In this document: positions 37,700 to 51,160 of the stretch, one piece after another
Layout of the letters: each line of letters opens with the position of its first letter
Position numbering within the stretch: position 1 is the stretch's first letter
Notes under the pieces: generated by a model
Database searches by the model: none
What the model was told of the DNA's origin: nothing
The model's input: only the letters and a program-made list of their open reading frames with translations
Made by a program: the position numbers and the translations under genes
DNA from: Vicugna vicugna
Lineage: Eukaryota
Direction of reading: 5' to 3'
Length of the DNA: 64,000 bases
Assembly (NCBI GenBank): GCA_013265495.1
Contig: MU058781.1
Location: 2,086,158 to 2,150,157 of the forward strand

Positions 37700-40040
37700 A
37701 GCTGGCTAAAATATTAGAGTGATTAAAAATAAGAAAAATAAAAGGTTTACCTTCATTTTAACTTTCTTTGTTGCTCATTTCTTTGTGGAGAGTTAAGTTT
37801 CCATCTAGCATTACATTCCTGTCTTGAGAGCTTCCTTTAATATGTTGTAGCACAGGCCTGCTGGCAGTTAATTCCCCCCAGTTTTTAGGAAAAAAACTTC
37901 ATTTCACCTTCAGTTTTGAAAAATATTTCTCCTGAAAATAGGTTCTGGCTTTGGAGGTTTTCTTTTTTTCCCCCCTTTCAGTCTTTCAGAATCTTACTCT
38001 CTTGTCTTCTGGTTTGATTGTTTTTGATGAGAAGTTTGCTGTCCTTTGTCCCTCTGTGTGTAAGATGTCTTTTTTTCTCTGCCCCCTGCCTTTTCCTTAT
38101 TTCTTCTTCAGTATTTTCCTTATATCTTTGGTTTTTAGTCATTTCACTATGATGTATGTGTAAGTGTGTGTGTGGTTTATTTTGTTTTGTTTTTTGGTTC
38201 TTTTGGGAGGTCTTTATCTTGCTTGGGATTCTCTGAGAGTCTTAGATTAGTGGTTTGATATCTTTCATTATTTTTAGAAATTTTCAGCTACTGTCTCTTT
38301 AAATTTTTTTTTTCTCCATTCTTTCTTTCTTTCCCTTCTGGGACTCCAGATTACATTTATGTTAAACTATTTGAAATTGTCCCATAGCTCTTGGATACTT
38401 CCTCTTTTCCCTCCTACTCCTCCTTTTTTTCCCACTTTTTTCTCTTATTTTTCAGTTTGAATAGTTTCTATTGGCCCACCTTTAAGTTCACTAATTCTTT
38501 GCTTACCTATGTCAAATCTGCTGGTGAGCCAATTAAAGGAATTCTTCATCTCTGATGTCGTGGATGTTTTTCTGTTTTGTTGTTGTTGTCGGTTTGTCTT
38601 TTTTTTTTTTTTAATTTTAAGCATTTCCATTTGACTTTTTCTTGGACTTTCCATCTCTCTGTAGAAATTCTCTGTTCATGTAAGTTGTCCACCTTTTCCT
38701 TGAGAGTCCTTGACATATTAATTATAGTTATTTTTAAGTCCTTGCCTATTCTAAAATCTGGGTCATCAGTGAGTCTGATTGCTTTATTTCTTGACAATAG
38801 ATTGTTTTCCCTGCTTTTGAGAGTGTCTCGTTTTTTTAATTGAATTCAGGACTTTATATGTATAACAGTAGTGACCGGGGTACATAATATTTATGCCTGG
38901 AAATGGGCTTCTTCTGTTAGCCTGGTACAGTGAAGACTGATTTAATTTACTCAGGAGTGAGCATGGTGTGAGTTTTCTTGTTATGGTTACCCTCAGTGCA
39001 CCACAGGCTTCAAATTCTCTAGAAGGTGTTGGTGTTGTTGCCTTGTTCTTAGGATGGGGACTGGGTGCTGCAGGGTTATTCTCAGTGTTAACGCTGCATT
39101 GTCAGCTCATAGTCATCTGCATGCCTGCACCATGGAAGAGGTGTCTGTCCACATACTCGCCTTCCCCCAGGCACAGACTTCTGAAGCTCATTCCTTGCTG
39201 TTAGGCTCATAGTGGGGGCAGGGGAATTTTTCTACTGTCCTGGTCCAGTTTTAGTCTTTGGCAGGCTCTGTGTAGTGGGGTATCTGGGTGGGGCTGTCCA
39301 TGTTCTTACCTTTCTGAGCCACAGTGGCCACACTCCTTCGTATCTGTGATTGGTCTTGGGCAGGAGTCTCCAGTCCTTCACTCAGCAGTAACTGACTCCG
39401 CTTAAAATAGGATACTGAGTTCTGGATGGTTGTCTGCCCCTCCGCAGAGGGGGAGGACTTTTCCTTCTACTTTTCCCCAAGCTGGACCTGCAGTGGGTTT
39501 TGTTCCCTTAGGGTGACAGGATTTGCTGCCTTCCTGCAATGGCTAAGGCTTGTTTTGAGAAGAAGGGTTCCAGGGAGCAGGCAGGGTTGTCTGTGTTTCC
39601 CTTAGCAGCTGCTGATCACCTCCCATAGGCTGACATGCATCACCAGGGGTGGCTCTGTCCAGTCTCCTGCCTAGGAGTCCATTTTTCCAGGGAGTGCTCA
39701 GTAGTGACCCAAGGAAAAGAGCTCGCAGGTGACTGTGCACTTTCCGTGCGTTACTCCAGGCTGGCAGGTTAAGCGACCCCACTTGGACTTACAGTTGGTT
39801 ATAATTTTAGCTGATTTCTTCTTACCCACTTGTATGGGGCCCATTTCTCATTCCTGTGCTTTGCCACAGGTGACATTGTATGTATGTCTCCTTGGAGGTT
39901 CTTGTCCGTCTTTGGAATTCAGGTTAGTTTGTTATCTTGCATGCGTCACTTGACTGATGGGCTAAAGAAAAGTTATGATTTGGTAGTTGTTTTTTCTTCA
40001 TTGTTGGGGTTAGAGTGACATTCGTTACAGTTTTCTATGT
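37700..40040 (-). mobile_element. Old L1 5' region/ORF1 in TMEM170B intron 1, antisense
   Basis: Minus-strand SEMKNSFNWLTSRFDIGKQRISELK and DLKITIINM resemble L1 ORF1p. Confidence 0.7.
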
Positions 40041-40229
40041 CCTAAATTTGATTCAAATTTAAATCTGACAACAGAACTTTTTAATAATTATAGATTTAAA
40101 ATCTGACAAAATAAATCATGCATTTAACAAGATTGGAGACACTTAAACTTGAGATTTCCTGCTTTTAAAAACACGGCCCATAATGTAAATGTATAGGTAA
40201 TCTTCACATTTTTCTACTTGACATTTTCT

Positions 40230-41060
40230 TGCTTTTAGCTTCTTTACTCCTTGCTTCTCACCAGCATTTGAACAGTACTGCAGATGTACTGAACATATTT
40301 TCCTGTGCTTCCAAATCAGTTAGCATTGTCATCTATTCTGCTGGTCGTAGCAGAAATCTGGGAGGCCAGACATCGTATGTCCCTCACCTCTGTCATCCAG
40401 GTCATCAGCAAATCCTAAATGTTTCAAATTCTTTTCAATCCTAAAGCCAGTGCCTAAGTGCAGGCCTTAATAACTCTTTGGACTCTTGAAATATTCTGAT
40501 AGTCTCTCATCTCCTTCCAGTATCACTTCCCCTATCTACCAGGATAATTAATTTTTTTAAAGGTAAATGTGATTGTATCACTTCCTTATTTAAAGCCTTT
40601 CATTGGCTCCTCAGAACCTTCGACCTTCAGGATAAAGTCCACATTTTCAGGGTCTGTAAGTAGCCTCCCCTCTCCCACAAAAGCTACTCTGGCTCCAGCC
40701 CATCTCTATAATCTGCAGCCTCTCCTCTCCATATTTCTTGGCTTTAGCCAAACCAGAATTTTTGCAAGTTCATATTCTTCATTGTACATAATCCTATGAT
40801 TAGATCATTTTGTCTTAGAGCAGTTTTTCATTCTTGACTGTACAAAAGAATCACTTGGGAATCTTAGAAAAATTCTGATGCCCAATTAAGTCAGTTTGTG
40901 AGGGTGGTATTTCTTTTAGGCTATCCCAAGTAACTCTAACATCTAGTCACGGCTGAGAAGCATTGGCTTAGAGTGCCCCATTCCCCATTCCTCACCCTCA
41001 TTCCATCTCCAGTGTTTATCATTCTGTTAAATCCTGTCTGTTTTTAAGAATTTAGGGGAC
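40230..41060 (+). mobile_element. L2 fragments with a MER5-like insert (~40818-40965)
   Basis: gtatcacttccttatttaaagcctttcattggctcc...caggataaagtcc; agcagtttttcattcttgactg...gctgagaagcattg. Confidence 0.5.
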
Positions 41061-41309
41061 AGTGGCTTCTGTTGGGATCTTTCCTGGCATTCCCCTCTCT
41101 ACGTGCCTTTGGGTACATGTGCCCCGTGGCATGGGCTGCATATTGTGCTCTGAAGAACCTGAGGTATTAGAATATGCCATTGAAGCACCATTAATTAAAC
41201 CCTCACGTGTCAGGTCTTGATATAATATGAAAGTACCATGACTGTAATTTCCATTGGGCTGTAGGTGACAACCCAGACCCCTGGAATATATGTCAAAATG
41301 ATCTAGAAC

Positions 41310-41658
41310 CAGGAGTCATCAAGCTTTTTCTCTCAAGGACCAGTACTAAACATACGCAGCATATAGTAACTGCAGGAAGTATCTTCAGCTGTGCGGGCCA
41401 CATGGCCTCTGTCGTAACTACTCGATTTTGCCATCATAGTGTGAAAGTAGCCATCGACAATATAAATGAGTATGACTGTGTTCCAGTGAGACCTAACTGC
41501 CATTGAACTTCGAATTCTGTGTACTTTCTATGTGTCATGAAATATTGTTCCGATTTTTTTCAACCATTTCAAAATGTAAAAACCATTTTTAGCTTGCAGA
41601 CTGCACAGAAACAGGTGGTGGCCAAATAGGCCTCGTGGGCCGTACTTGCCGACCCCTG
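41310..41658 (+). mobile_element. MER58B-like hAT DNA transposon
   Basis: caggagtcatcaagc...gggccacatggcctctgtcgtaactactc...gggccgtacttgccgacccctg. Confidence 0.75.
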
Positions 41659-43629
41659 ATGTCGGGGACTATTTCAGATTATAAATGCGTCATCTCTCTG
41701 AGAGTCTAGTAAGCTGCCTATGTGCCTTCTCACAAACTGAGAAGTCCCTGGTGTCAGAAGCCAAGGGGAACAATGGCCACACCTTAGATTTGATGGGATG
41801 GAAACAAAGCTTGAGATAACTGAATTTGAACACAGATTATGTAAACATATAATGAGGAAAGAAGATAGAAATTTTGAACAGCCTCCAGATTTAGTCTTAC
41901 TGGCATGTTATTTTCAGCTTGAGGTTTAGAGTATGTTGAGTACATAACAAGTGTTCAGTACCTACTTGCTAATGATTTTATTAGAACGGCTAGTATGCTG
42001 CATAGGATTAAAAATATGTTTAGCATTTGTCCAATGAGATAGATTTTGTTGTTTTTATGACTTTTATTTTTTTTTTATTTTAAGTACGTCTTATGTAAGC
42101 TTAGCCTGGAGTAGTGACTTCCATCTTTATTGCACGTCATGAGTATCTGGCAGAGTTGATGAAAATGTTTAGGTCCCACCGTTAGAGATTGTTTTGGTTG
42201 CTCTGTGGGTCATTCTTGTGAGCAGCCTGAGTTGGGAAGCATTGGCCTTGTAGAGCATCTTCTCCTTTGGTGAATTCTAGAATGAAAAATTCTTCCTTTT
42301 TTTCCCCATCAAAAACTATTTCTTAAAGACAGCGTATCTGCAGTAAGTTAAAAAAAAATACTTCAGGCTGTTTGCTAAAAAAATAATCAGTAAATCATAT
42401 ATAAAATAGTATCACTCATCTCCTATCTTATCTTTAAAAGATAGCCATTGTTCTCTGTTTGTTTATGCATTTCTCTGTGCATAAACAAACACTGAATTTT
42501 TGAACAAATAGGATCATACAATATGTACCATTCTTTGACTTGTTTTTTACTTAGTTAATATATTCTTGATATCTAGAGAAATTCATTTCTCATAAACAGT
42601 TTTGTCCAAGGATTAAAAACAGAAGCATGGAAGATAATTTTCAGTGGCTTGGCAACCAGGGCTGATGAGAGATACAGATTGGGAGCAGGGCTGTTTCTAG
42701 TATTGTTTGGAGGCTGGAACAAATCACAGCTCTGCTGCCTCTTATGCCACTAAAAGTAAACAAACACACTGCAACAATTCAGGCAAAATGAGTTTAAGAG
42801 AAGACTGTGGATAGCCTTGAAAAGGGAAAAATAATGAAAGGACTTTATGAGATGTGCCCAGGAAGATGGACTGTTTCCTTTCAGGGAATTAAGGTGATTC
42901 CATGGATGGAATGCTTTAAAGTTTTGTACAGTGCATTTTTAAGTTTTTGTTTTGTGTTTTGTTTAGCATTAGCAAAGTCTCCCTCTGGCTTCCTCCTTTC
43001 ATTGTTGCTCAGTTGCTAGAAACTTGGGTTAGGCGGGATATGCATGGAAAGAGAAAACTGGGCCTCTGGGTGTTCACGTTAGCTGTACATCCTGCACAGT
43101 TTAAGAAAAGGCAGTGATATTCCTCTCCTGTCCTTAGCACCTTCCTCTCTCCAGGGCTCAGGGGCTCTCCTGTTACAGAGCCTTTCCTCATCTCAGAGCT
43201 CCCTTGGTGAAAATGCCCCCTCTCCTTGTTACTCCCTTATATTGTCACTTTGTTAGCTTCACTCTGGAAAATTATATCTTTTAAAATATAAATGTCTTCT
43301 GGGCAAGTTAAGCTTTTTTGTCTTTAATTCATTTGTTATCAATTGAAGGCATTTGTTTGAGAGCGACAGCATTAAAGCACTATTTCCCTGAAAGCTGGAA
43401 GAGAAAAACCTCTAAAAGGCAAACTTTGTCTGATTTCCTTAATCGCCAGCATCTCTCTGTTACGCCACTGAGAAGCATGCATGGTACTTTAACACACATT
43501 GGAAAATATATCAAATGTCTCTTCCTTGAAGTGATTTTAAATTATGAGTACATTCTAAGTGTCAATTCTTAAAAATTTGGCAGGGTGAAACTGATGTTTT
43601 TAAAAATGTTTTTCTATATATTCTCCCTT

Positions 43630-44690
43630 TTTCTAAATTAAAGTTTTCATTTTGAGATAATTGTAGATTCACCTGCAGTTGTAAGAAATAATACAGAAAG
43701 AACATGTGTGCCCTTAATTCCATTTACCCAATGGGACCATCTTTGAAAACCACTGTATAATATCAAACCCAGGATATTGACACTGATAGGATCTACCAAC
43801 CTTTACAGATTTCACCAGAATTTTCTTGTATACTTGTACTCATCTGTGAGTGTTTAGTTCTGATAGCATTATCACTCCTATATATATCCATCACCACAGT
43901 CAAAATACAGCACAGTTCCCCTGCCACAAAGACCTCTGGTGTTACCCTTTTATAATCACACCCTCCTTTCTTTCTTGAGAGTTTTTTTGGCTTGTTTTTC
44001 AATGTTACTGATGGTCATGACAAAGTAATTATCTTTTAAATTTGTACACATAATTTTAAAGTTTTACTTATTTAATTTTTAAGTGTGGTTAAAAAATAAC
44101 ATAAAATTTAACCTCTTAACCATATTTAAGTGTACAGTTCAACAGTGTTAAGTATATTCACATTGTTGTGCAGAAGATCTCCACATCCTTTTCATCTTGT
44201 AAAGTGGAAACTTTGTACCCATTTTGAAACAAGTCCCCATTTCCCCTTCCCCAAGTCCCTGGCAACCACCATTCTGTTTTCTATTTCCATTCATTTGACT
44301 GCTTTATACACCTTGTATAAGTGGAATTTGTCAGTATTTGTCTTTCTGTGACTGACTTACTTTACTTAATATGTCTTCAAGATTCATGTATGTTGTAGCA
44401 TGTGACAGAAATTTCTTCCAATGAATACTTCTCCATTGTATGCATAAACCATATTGTTTGTTAATTCGTCCATTGACAGACATTTGAGTTGCTTCCACCT
44501 CTTGGCTATTGCGAATAATGCCACTGTGAACATGGTTGCACAAATACTCTTCATGGTCTTGCTTTTCATTCTTGGAAAGATACCAAGAGGTGAAGTTGCT
44601 GGATCATATGGTAATTTTTTTTTTTAAATTTTTGAGGCACCACCACACTGTTTTCCATAGCTGCTGCACCATTTTACACTCCTATCAATA
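43630..44690 (-). mobile_element. L1MC- and L1MB-type 3' ends
   Basis: ttgagataattgtagattcac...; aagtgtacagttcaacagtgttaagtatattcacattgttgtgca...gttgctggatcatatggtaa; minus ORF MFTVALFAIAKRWKQLKC. Confidence 0.8.
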
Positions 44691-44879
44691 GTATGTATCT
44701 GTACTTCAGTGATGTTTGGATAAATAAATTTTAATTCATCCATTTTGTTCTCTTTAATCATGACTTTATTGACCTTTCTTTCCCACTTGATAGCGTGAAT
44801 ACTAGCACGAGTAGTAGATGAGACGTTTTGCTTTATAGCATGTGTACGTGTCACTTCAAGGTGACATATAAACATTTTA

Positions 44880-45270
44880 GAGTCAGTTCTTTCAGCTACA
44901 AGTAACAGAAACCTTACTTGGGCTAATTAAAAAGGATTTTATTACAAGGAAACTGTATTGGTCTAAGGGTATTAATGTGGTAGGCTCTTAGATATCACTG
45001 GAGTGAGACGTTGTCCCTTACCTTTGATGAACCTATTTTTCTTTTATCCTGTAATTGTGTTTTTTGTCACGTGGTGATGAAATGGCTGTTCACAAATCCT
45101 GAGCCTTTCAGCTTCATCCACTCAAAGACTGAGGTGCTCACTTGGTCCCAGTACAGAATTCCTAGGGGAAGGGAGTGATTGGCCCAGTTTGGATCAGTAG
45201 CCTGCCCTGCTGTACCGCACCACAGGCATGATCAAGGAGATGGAGTCAGTGCAGGGACAGGCAATATCCC
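44880..45270 (-). mobile_element. Old MaLR LTR (MLT1J/K-like)
   Basis: tcagttctttcagctacaagtaacagaaacc...gattggcccagtttggatcag. Confidence 0.5.
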
Positions 45271-45932
45271 AGGTACTGTGTGCATTGACAGAGTGGGCAG
45301 GGACCAAGAGGACAGGGAATGGATACTAGAGAGAATGAAAGGCTTGTTCATCAGCCGTCTGTAAACTGGGCTTCAGTGAACAGTAACTGAGGATACACTG
45401 AAGAAAGAGGAACAGAGCTTGAAGAGTTCTGGGTTAGGACTATTAAATGACCTGAGACAAAGAATTTTTTAAAATTCTGACTGATTCTTTAAGTTGAGAA
45501 CCAAGAGGGGAATTGCCTGAAATTCTTAAAATCATAAAAGAAAAAAATGTCTGGACACTTAGTGTAGAAAGTAGAAAATTATGTATCAAACAGTAACTAA
45601 TTATATAATTTATTACAAGAGATTTGCAAATGTATTCAGGCTTATTAAACAAACGAACAGATGATAGCTATACGATGGGGACACTGCGAGGAACTTAGAG
45701 TGTGGCCTTGACCTGTAGTCATGGAGGGAGTTATTTCCCCATCAAGCATTAGTGATCATGATAACCATTAAAATTTACTTAGTGCTACTATGTTTCAAGC
45801 ACTGTACTATGCATGTTTTTATCCATTGTCTGATGTAACCGTCCTCCAAACTATGGGTTCTCACTGTTTGTTAAATTGGATTTTCTAAGACGTTTTTCAA
45901 CAGAATAGTTAATGCTTTGCCTTTCCTTTCAG

Positions 45933-46103
45933 AGATGTGGTACTGGATCTTTCTCTGGGCTCTCTTCTCCTCTCTGTTTGTCCACGGTGCTGCGGGAGTG
46001 TTGATGTTTGTGATGCTGCAGAGGCACCGGCAGGGGAGGGTAATCTCTGTCATTGCAGTCAGCATCGGATTTCTGGCTTCTGTAACCGGAGCGATGATCA
46101 CTA
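45933..46103 (+). CDS. TMEM170B: TMEM170B coding exon 2 (EMWYWIFLWALFSSLFVHGAAGVLMFVMLQRHRQGRVISVIAVSIGFLASVTGAMIT)
   Basis: Polypyrimidine tract + tttcag acceptor at 45931-45932, donor A|gtaagt at 46104; 171 nt, phase 1-1; hydrophobic TM segments typical of the TMEM170 family. Confidence 0.97.
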
Positions 46104-47299
46104 GTAAGTTGATGTTGTTTTGTTTAAGGACGTAATTGTATATGCATTTACAGTTTGGGTACCTTTATTCTAATTGTAAATATAACAGTGTCATCTTGCA
46201 CGTAAAATGTTTTTCAGCACTAATCACACTTCATCTAGAAGGTAAAGATCAGCTCATTCATTTATTGAACAGATAGTTTTTGTATTTTTGCTATATAAAT
46301 ACTCATGCAAGGTTTTGGGGGAAATAGAGAAACTTGTAAAAATTGGTAAGAGGCAGAGCAGTTTGTGGGAAAATATATCTTAAAGTGGATGTAGTTCCTG
46401 CTTTAAAGGAGCTCGCTGTGTGGTAAGGGAGAGGTAGGCACACAAATATGACAGTGATACTTGTCATTAAAGTGAAAATACAGCCCTTAGGTCCTTGATG
46501 TCAGCTGCCTGTGACCACCAAGTAAAAGTGCACTTGCTTCTTGAACGCAAATTATTAAGACATAAATCTCCCCCTGGGCTACTAGAAATTAGCCACTTTA
46601 CAGAGTATTCTAGCTCCTTGCAAGTTTCGACTGTGCTGCCTCCTGTGCCTCAGGTTCATGTCCTCCGGCCTTCTGCACTGACCACACTTAGGCCTCAACT
46701 CCAGCTTTGGGTTCAAAGTTAGTTGCAGTTTCTGCCGTGCTGGTTAAGCCAGAACTTGGACGCATCCTGTTGAGCCTGGGGGGCCTCAGCTGCCTCCTTC
46801 ACGTGGCCTGCTCTACACTGGCTGCTTCTCTGCTGTCATCGGTCCCGTTGCCGCCGGGCAACAGCAGAGCTTCTGTTGCCCTTGACGCCGGCCTGCTTCC
46901 GTGAGGCTCAGGCAGCTCGCTGCCACCCCGGCTCTATCAAGACTCTCCAGCTAGGGCTTCTTCCTTTCTAAGTTGGTTCTTAGCCCCTGAGGTGAGAGGA
47001 AGTCCATTTCTTCTGTAGTTTGAAGGCCTCCCTCCTTTTTGTCCCACAGTCACCTTTTCCCAGAGTGATACCTTGCCTTGAGTGGAAAGCCCTGTTCCCA
47101 TGTCTCTGGGTATGTCCTGTGGCATGAATAAGACAGTCATAAAATAATTGTGGGAAATAGTAGGCTGTTTTTTCATCCTTTCTTGAGTTACTATTTGGTT
47201 TTTGTGTGTTCTCTTGCGTTAGGTCTTTGTTGTTGCTACATTCAACCCGTAACTTTATCATATGGTGCCACATTCATTCTGCCATAGATAGGGTTTAGC

Positions 47300-47930
47300 T
47301 GAAGCACCAGGCGTGATGAGTGGAGTAGTAGGAGCTTCAGCTGGAAAGATAGAGCCAGGTCCTCAAGGACCTTGGAAGGCCAGCCACAGTTTGAACTTCA
47401 TTCTGTAGGCCATGGGAAACAAGTAGATAATTTTGAATGGGGTTGGCAAGGGGCAAGGCAGTTCAATAGAAAAATTTGTTTCATAGCTGAATATAGAATA
47501 TATGTGAATAGAGAACTAAGAGAAGACTCTGAAAGAGTGGGGACCTGGTCTGTCTTCATCACTGCTGTATCTCCAGCAATAAAACAGTACTTGGAACATA
47601 GCAAATACTCAGAGAATACTGGTTAGATGGATGGATATAGTGAAGGAGGAAGAGCAGAAGAAAGGAGGAAAGAGGGTGGGAGAGAATGGAGGAAAAACAG
47701 GAAAGAAGAGGAATTGATGCATTAACTGCAATCTGAATTTGAGGCTGGATCTGAACTAGACTGGTGGCAGTGGGTTGGAAAAGGAGTTGATGTAAGGACT
47801 ATGGCAAAAGGGAAAAATCCAAATTGGTTGTTATTCACTGGTGGCATACAGAGAGACATGAAAGGAACTGCTAATGTTTTTGATGTGGGCCACTGCTGTA
47901 ACTGTGGAACCGTGACAGAGGAGGAAGGAA
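47300..47930. mobile_element. L2 fragments
   Basis: gtttgaacttcattctgtaggccatgggaa; tgtcttcatcactgctgtatctccagca...ggatggat. Confidence 0.55.
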
Positions 47931-48479
47931 GAAGGAACAGTTTGTTCAGGAGTCGATAGTAGTATGTGTATTTATTGGCATAAATCATTGTAAAACTTTA
48001 AAGAGAGCATGATTCTACTTCTATTTATCTCTAATGATGTGTATGTATATTCAGTCAAGAATAAAATAAGCCAATGATTTTAGAAATTACAGTGTTATAT
48101 TTAAAAATGCTTACTAATATGTCTGATAAAATTTCAAGTGAAAATTTGTACAAGTTAACAATAAGACATTTAAACCTTTCTGGCTAATTTTCTGACCTGC
48201 AAACACTTGAATTAAGAAAGCTAGCCACTGTAAATTTTTAATTACATTTATTTTCTTAATGCATTTTGTGAGTGATAGCACACTCATAGCTGTATGTTCA
48301 ATTCAGCAAATGATGGTTCTGTTTTACTACTATTATATTTTACTACTTCTTAGATTTTTATTTCCAGAATGGAGTGATTTTTCATTTTAGTTAATACCAG
48401 AATTGGGGAAAAATGGCTTTGTATATAATGCTATTATTTGACATATAGGTATCTAATTTTAGCAAGTCTGAGGGTTTAG

Positions 48480-49760
48480 TGACATCTCTGTGTTGGTTTA
48501 ATTTGCCTTTCTCTGATTACTAATAAATTCAAGCATCTCTTTCTATTCTTATTATATATTTAGATTTCCTTTTTTTGCAAATTGCTTCTTTAAATTCTGT
48601 GCCTTTCTTTTGGGGTTCTTGTTCCTTATTAAATGATAGGTGTTTCTTAGAGATATTGATGTCTTGTTGGTTTTGAACTTTGCAAATCACCTCTCTCTTT
48701 TTTCAGTACTGTCATCTATGATGTTATTTAATGAGCAGAAATCCTTAATTTCTATGTAATCAGCTTAAAGAGTTTTTTGCCTATAGTTTATAATGTAGAA
48801 TTTTAGTTAAGAAGTTCTCCCCTACACCAAGGTTAAAAGATATTCTGATATATTTTCTTTTGTTAATTTTACAGTTTTATCTTTAAGGTCTCTAATTTAC
48901 CTAGAACAGGACTGAGCAGACATTTTCTTAAAAGGCCAGATGGTAACTATTTTAAACGTTGCAGGCCAGATGGTCTCTGTCACAACTATTCAACTCTGCC
49001 ATGAAGGCATAAAAGCAGCCATAGACATAGGTAAATGAATAGATGTGGCTTTTTCCAATAAAACTTTATTTACAAAAATAGGTGTCTGACATTCAGGTCA
49101 TAATTTGCCTTCTGGTCTAGAGTTCATCTTTGTGTTTGGAATTAGATAGGATTCCAGGTATATTTTTTTCCTCCCATATAGTAAATCAATTTTTTATCAC
49201 ACCATTCACTAAAAAAATGCATCCATTGATTCACTGTTTTTTGTGCATTATGTTCTTAAGGTATGTGGCTCTGTCTCTGAACTCTGCTCTGATTTGTTAG
49301 TCTTTTTATCTATTCTTGCAGCAAGTCCTCATTTATGTCTCTGTTGTTTTGCAGTATTTCTTAACATCTGGTAGTGCTGGGTCTCTCATTTCTTTTCTTT
49401 CTCAAAGTTTACATAACTATTGGTGGACCTTTATTCTTTCATATAAATTTTAGAATATATCTACTGAGTTCCTCAAAAAGTGTAACTGTGATTTTTATGG
49501 GGATTTAATTGAATGTAGAGGTTACTCTGGGAAGAATTGACATATTAAACTATCCCACCCAAGAGCATGTAATATATCTCCATTTGTTCAGATTGTCTTC
49601 TGTGTCTTTTGTTAGAGTTTAAAAATGTTCTTCTCAATAGGAGGGTTGCATATTTTTGATCAATACCTAAACTCATGTTATAGTTGTGCATGGTGTCTTT
49701 TTTGATTACATCATTTAGTATTATCAGGGTAAAGAAACGCTGTTAAATTTTATAAGTTGA
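48480..49760 (-). mobile_element. Old L1 ORF2 3' fragment in intron 2
   Basis: tttgcctttctctgattactaat; tttattctttcatataaattttagaat; gggatttaattgaatgtagag...gaattgacat. Confidence 0.7.
48907..49114 (+). mobile_element. MER58A hAT DNA transposon nested in L1
   Basis: aaaggccagatggtaactatttt...gtctctgtcacaactattcaactctgcc...gcagccatagac...ccaataaaactttatttacaaaaa. Confidence 0.8.
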
Positions 49761-49789
49761 GTTTATGAAAATTAATAACAAAGCAAAAT

Positions 49790-50360
49790 TTGATTTTCTG
49801 GAAAGATCATAAGATGAATAACCTAGGGCTGAACAATTCTGCCTTTTCCCACGTGTTGCAGAGAAGCTCTTGACTGTGTATCTGTGCCAGCAGTCATGTT
49901 CAAGGATGTTCACAGAAACAGGGATTGTCATTTTTAAGAGTTGGAAACAGATATCATCCACAGTAGGGTGGATCAGTAAGCTGTGTATATTCATACTTGG
50001 AATTGTGTACAGCGGTGGAAGTGTGTGAATTGTAGCCATGTACAACAACATGGATAATAATATTGAGCCAAAAATTCAAAATACTTACAGTATCAGTTTA
50101 TATAAAATTCATTTATTTCAGAAACTAAATAATATATATTTCAGGTTTAGGCAGGTAGTAAGGCTGATGAAAAGCAAAGAAATGATAAAAGCCAAATTCA
50201 GGAGGGAATGGATGTGATTGAGGGGAGTCCACAGGAACCTCAAAGGAAATAGCAGTGTTCTTTTCTTCATTTGGATGGTGGTACTTGGGAATTTGTTATT
50301 ATTTTTATAATCTACATATATTTTTATAAATATTCCTTCATAACTGCTCAATATTTAATA
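49790..50360 (+). mobile_element. L1ME-type 3' end
   Basis: caaggatgttcacagaaacagggattgtca...gctgtgtatattcatacttggaat. Confidence 0.55.
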
Positions 50361-50964
50361 GCAGTGTTTCCAGAATCATTTAATAGGCACACACAATTGT
50401 TTTCTTTCAGCTCTTTTAGACTTTAGAGTTCCACCGGAACAGTCTTTTCTGAGTGGTGATTCTGGGCTGTGAAATGAGACGGTGCAATGGGAACTATTGT
50501 AAATCTGCTGCTTTTGGAGGGAAGTTGTGACTTACAAATTAGTTCCTGATTGTCCACTAGGAGGAAAATGGTAGTTTTGTTTTATTTTCTGTATAATGCT
50601 ATAAATGTCTACCTTGATTGTGGAAACTCTGGAGTTTTATAGTAGTTGTACTTTTTCATTCATTTTTTTCTGCCTTCATCATTATAGGCTTGAAGATCTT
50701 ATCCTCTGTTCCTTGAAAGATTATAAAGAAAAGTGGGTTACTTAGCAGTTTTACTTGTTTTTTCTCAAACAGTATGGCCTTTGAAAGTGAAATGTTTTAC
50801 TTGTTTTTAACATCTAGTTTTTTAAACCATCTGAAATTGATTTGGGAGAATAGTATGAAGTAGGGACCTAAATTTATTTCTTCCAAATGGCTACCGGTTG
50901 TTCCACACCATTTGTTGAATGGTGAATCACTGGTTGGAGATACCTTTCTCATTTACTGTGACAA

Positions 50965-51160
50965 CTACTAATCAAATTTTGGAGCATATACTAGTACCAG
51001 ACACTATTCTAAGCCCTTTGTAAGTATTATCTCTTAATCGTCATATCCCCCATTTTGCAGCTGAGGAAATAAGGCACAGAGGGGTTAAGTGATTGCTCAG
51101 TGTAACTGGACTTTGGATTTTAACCCACAAGTCTAGCTCTAAAATCCATGCTCTTAACCT
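50965..51160 (-). mobile_element. MIR SINE
   Basis: atcccccattttgcagctgaggaaataaggcacagaggggttaagtgattgctca. Confidence 0.75.
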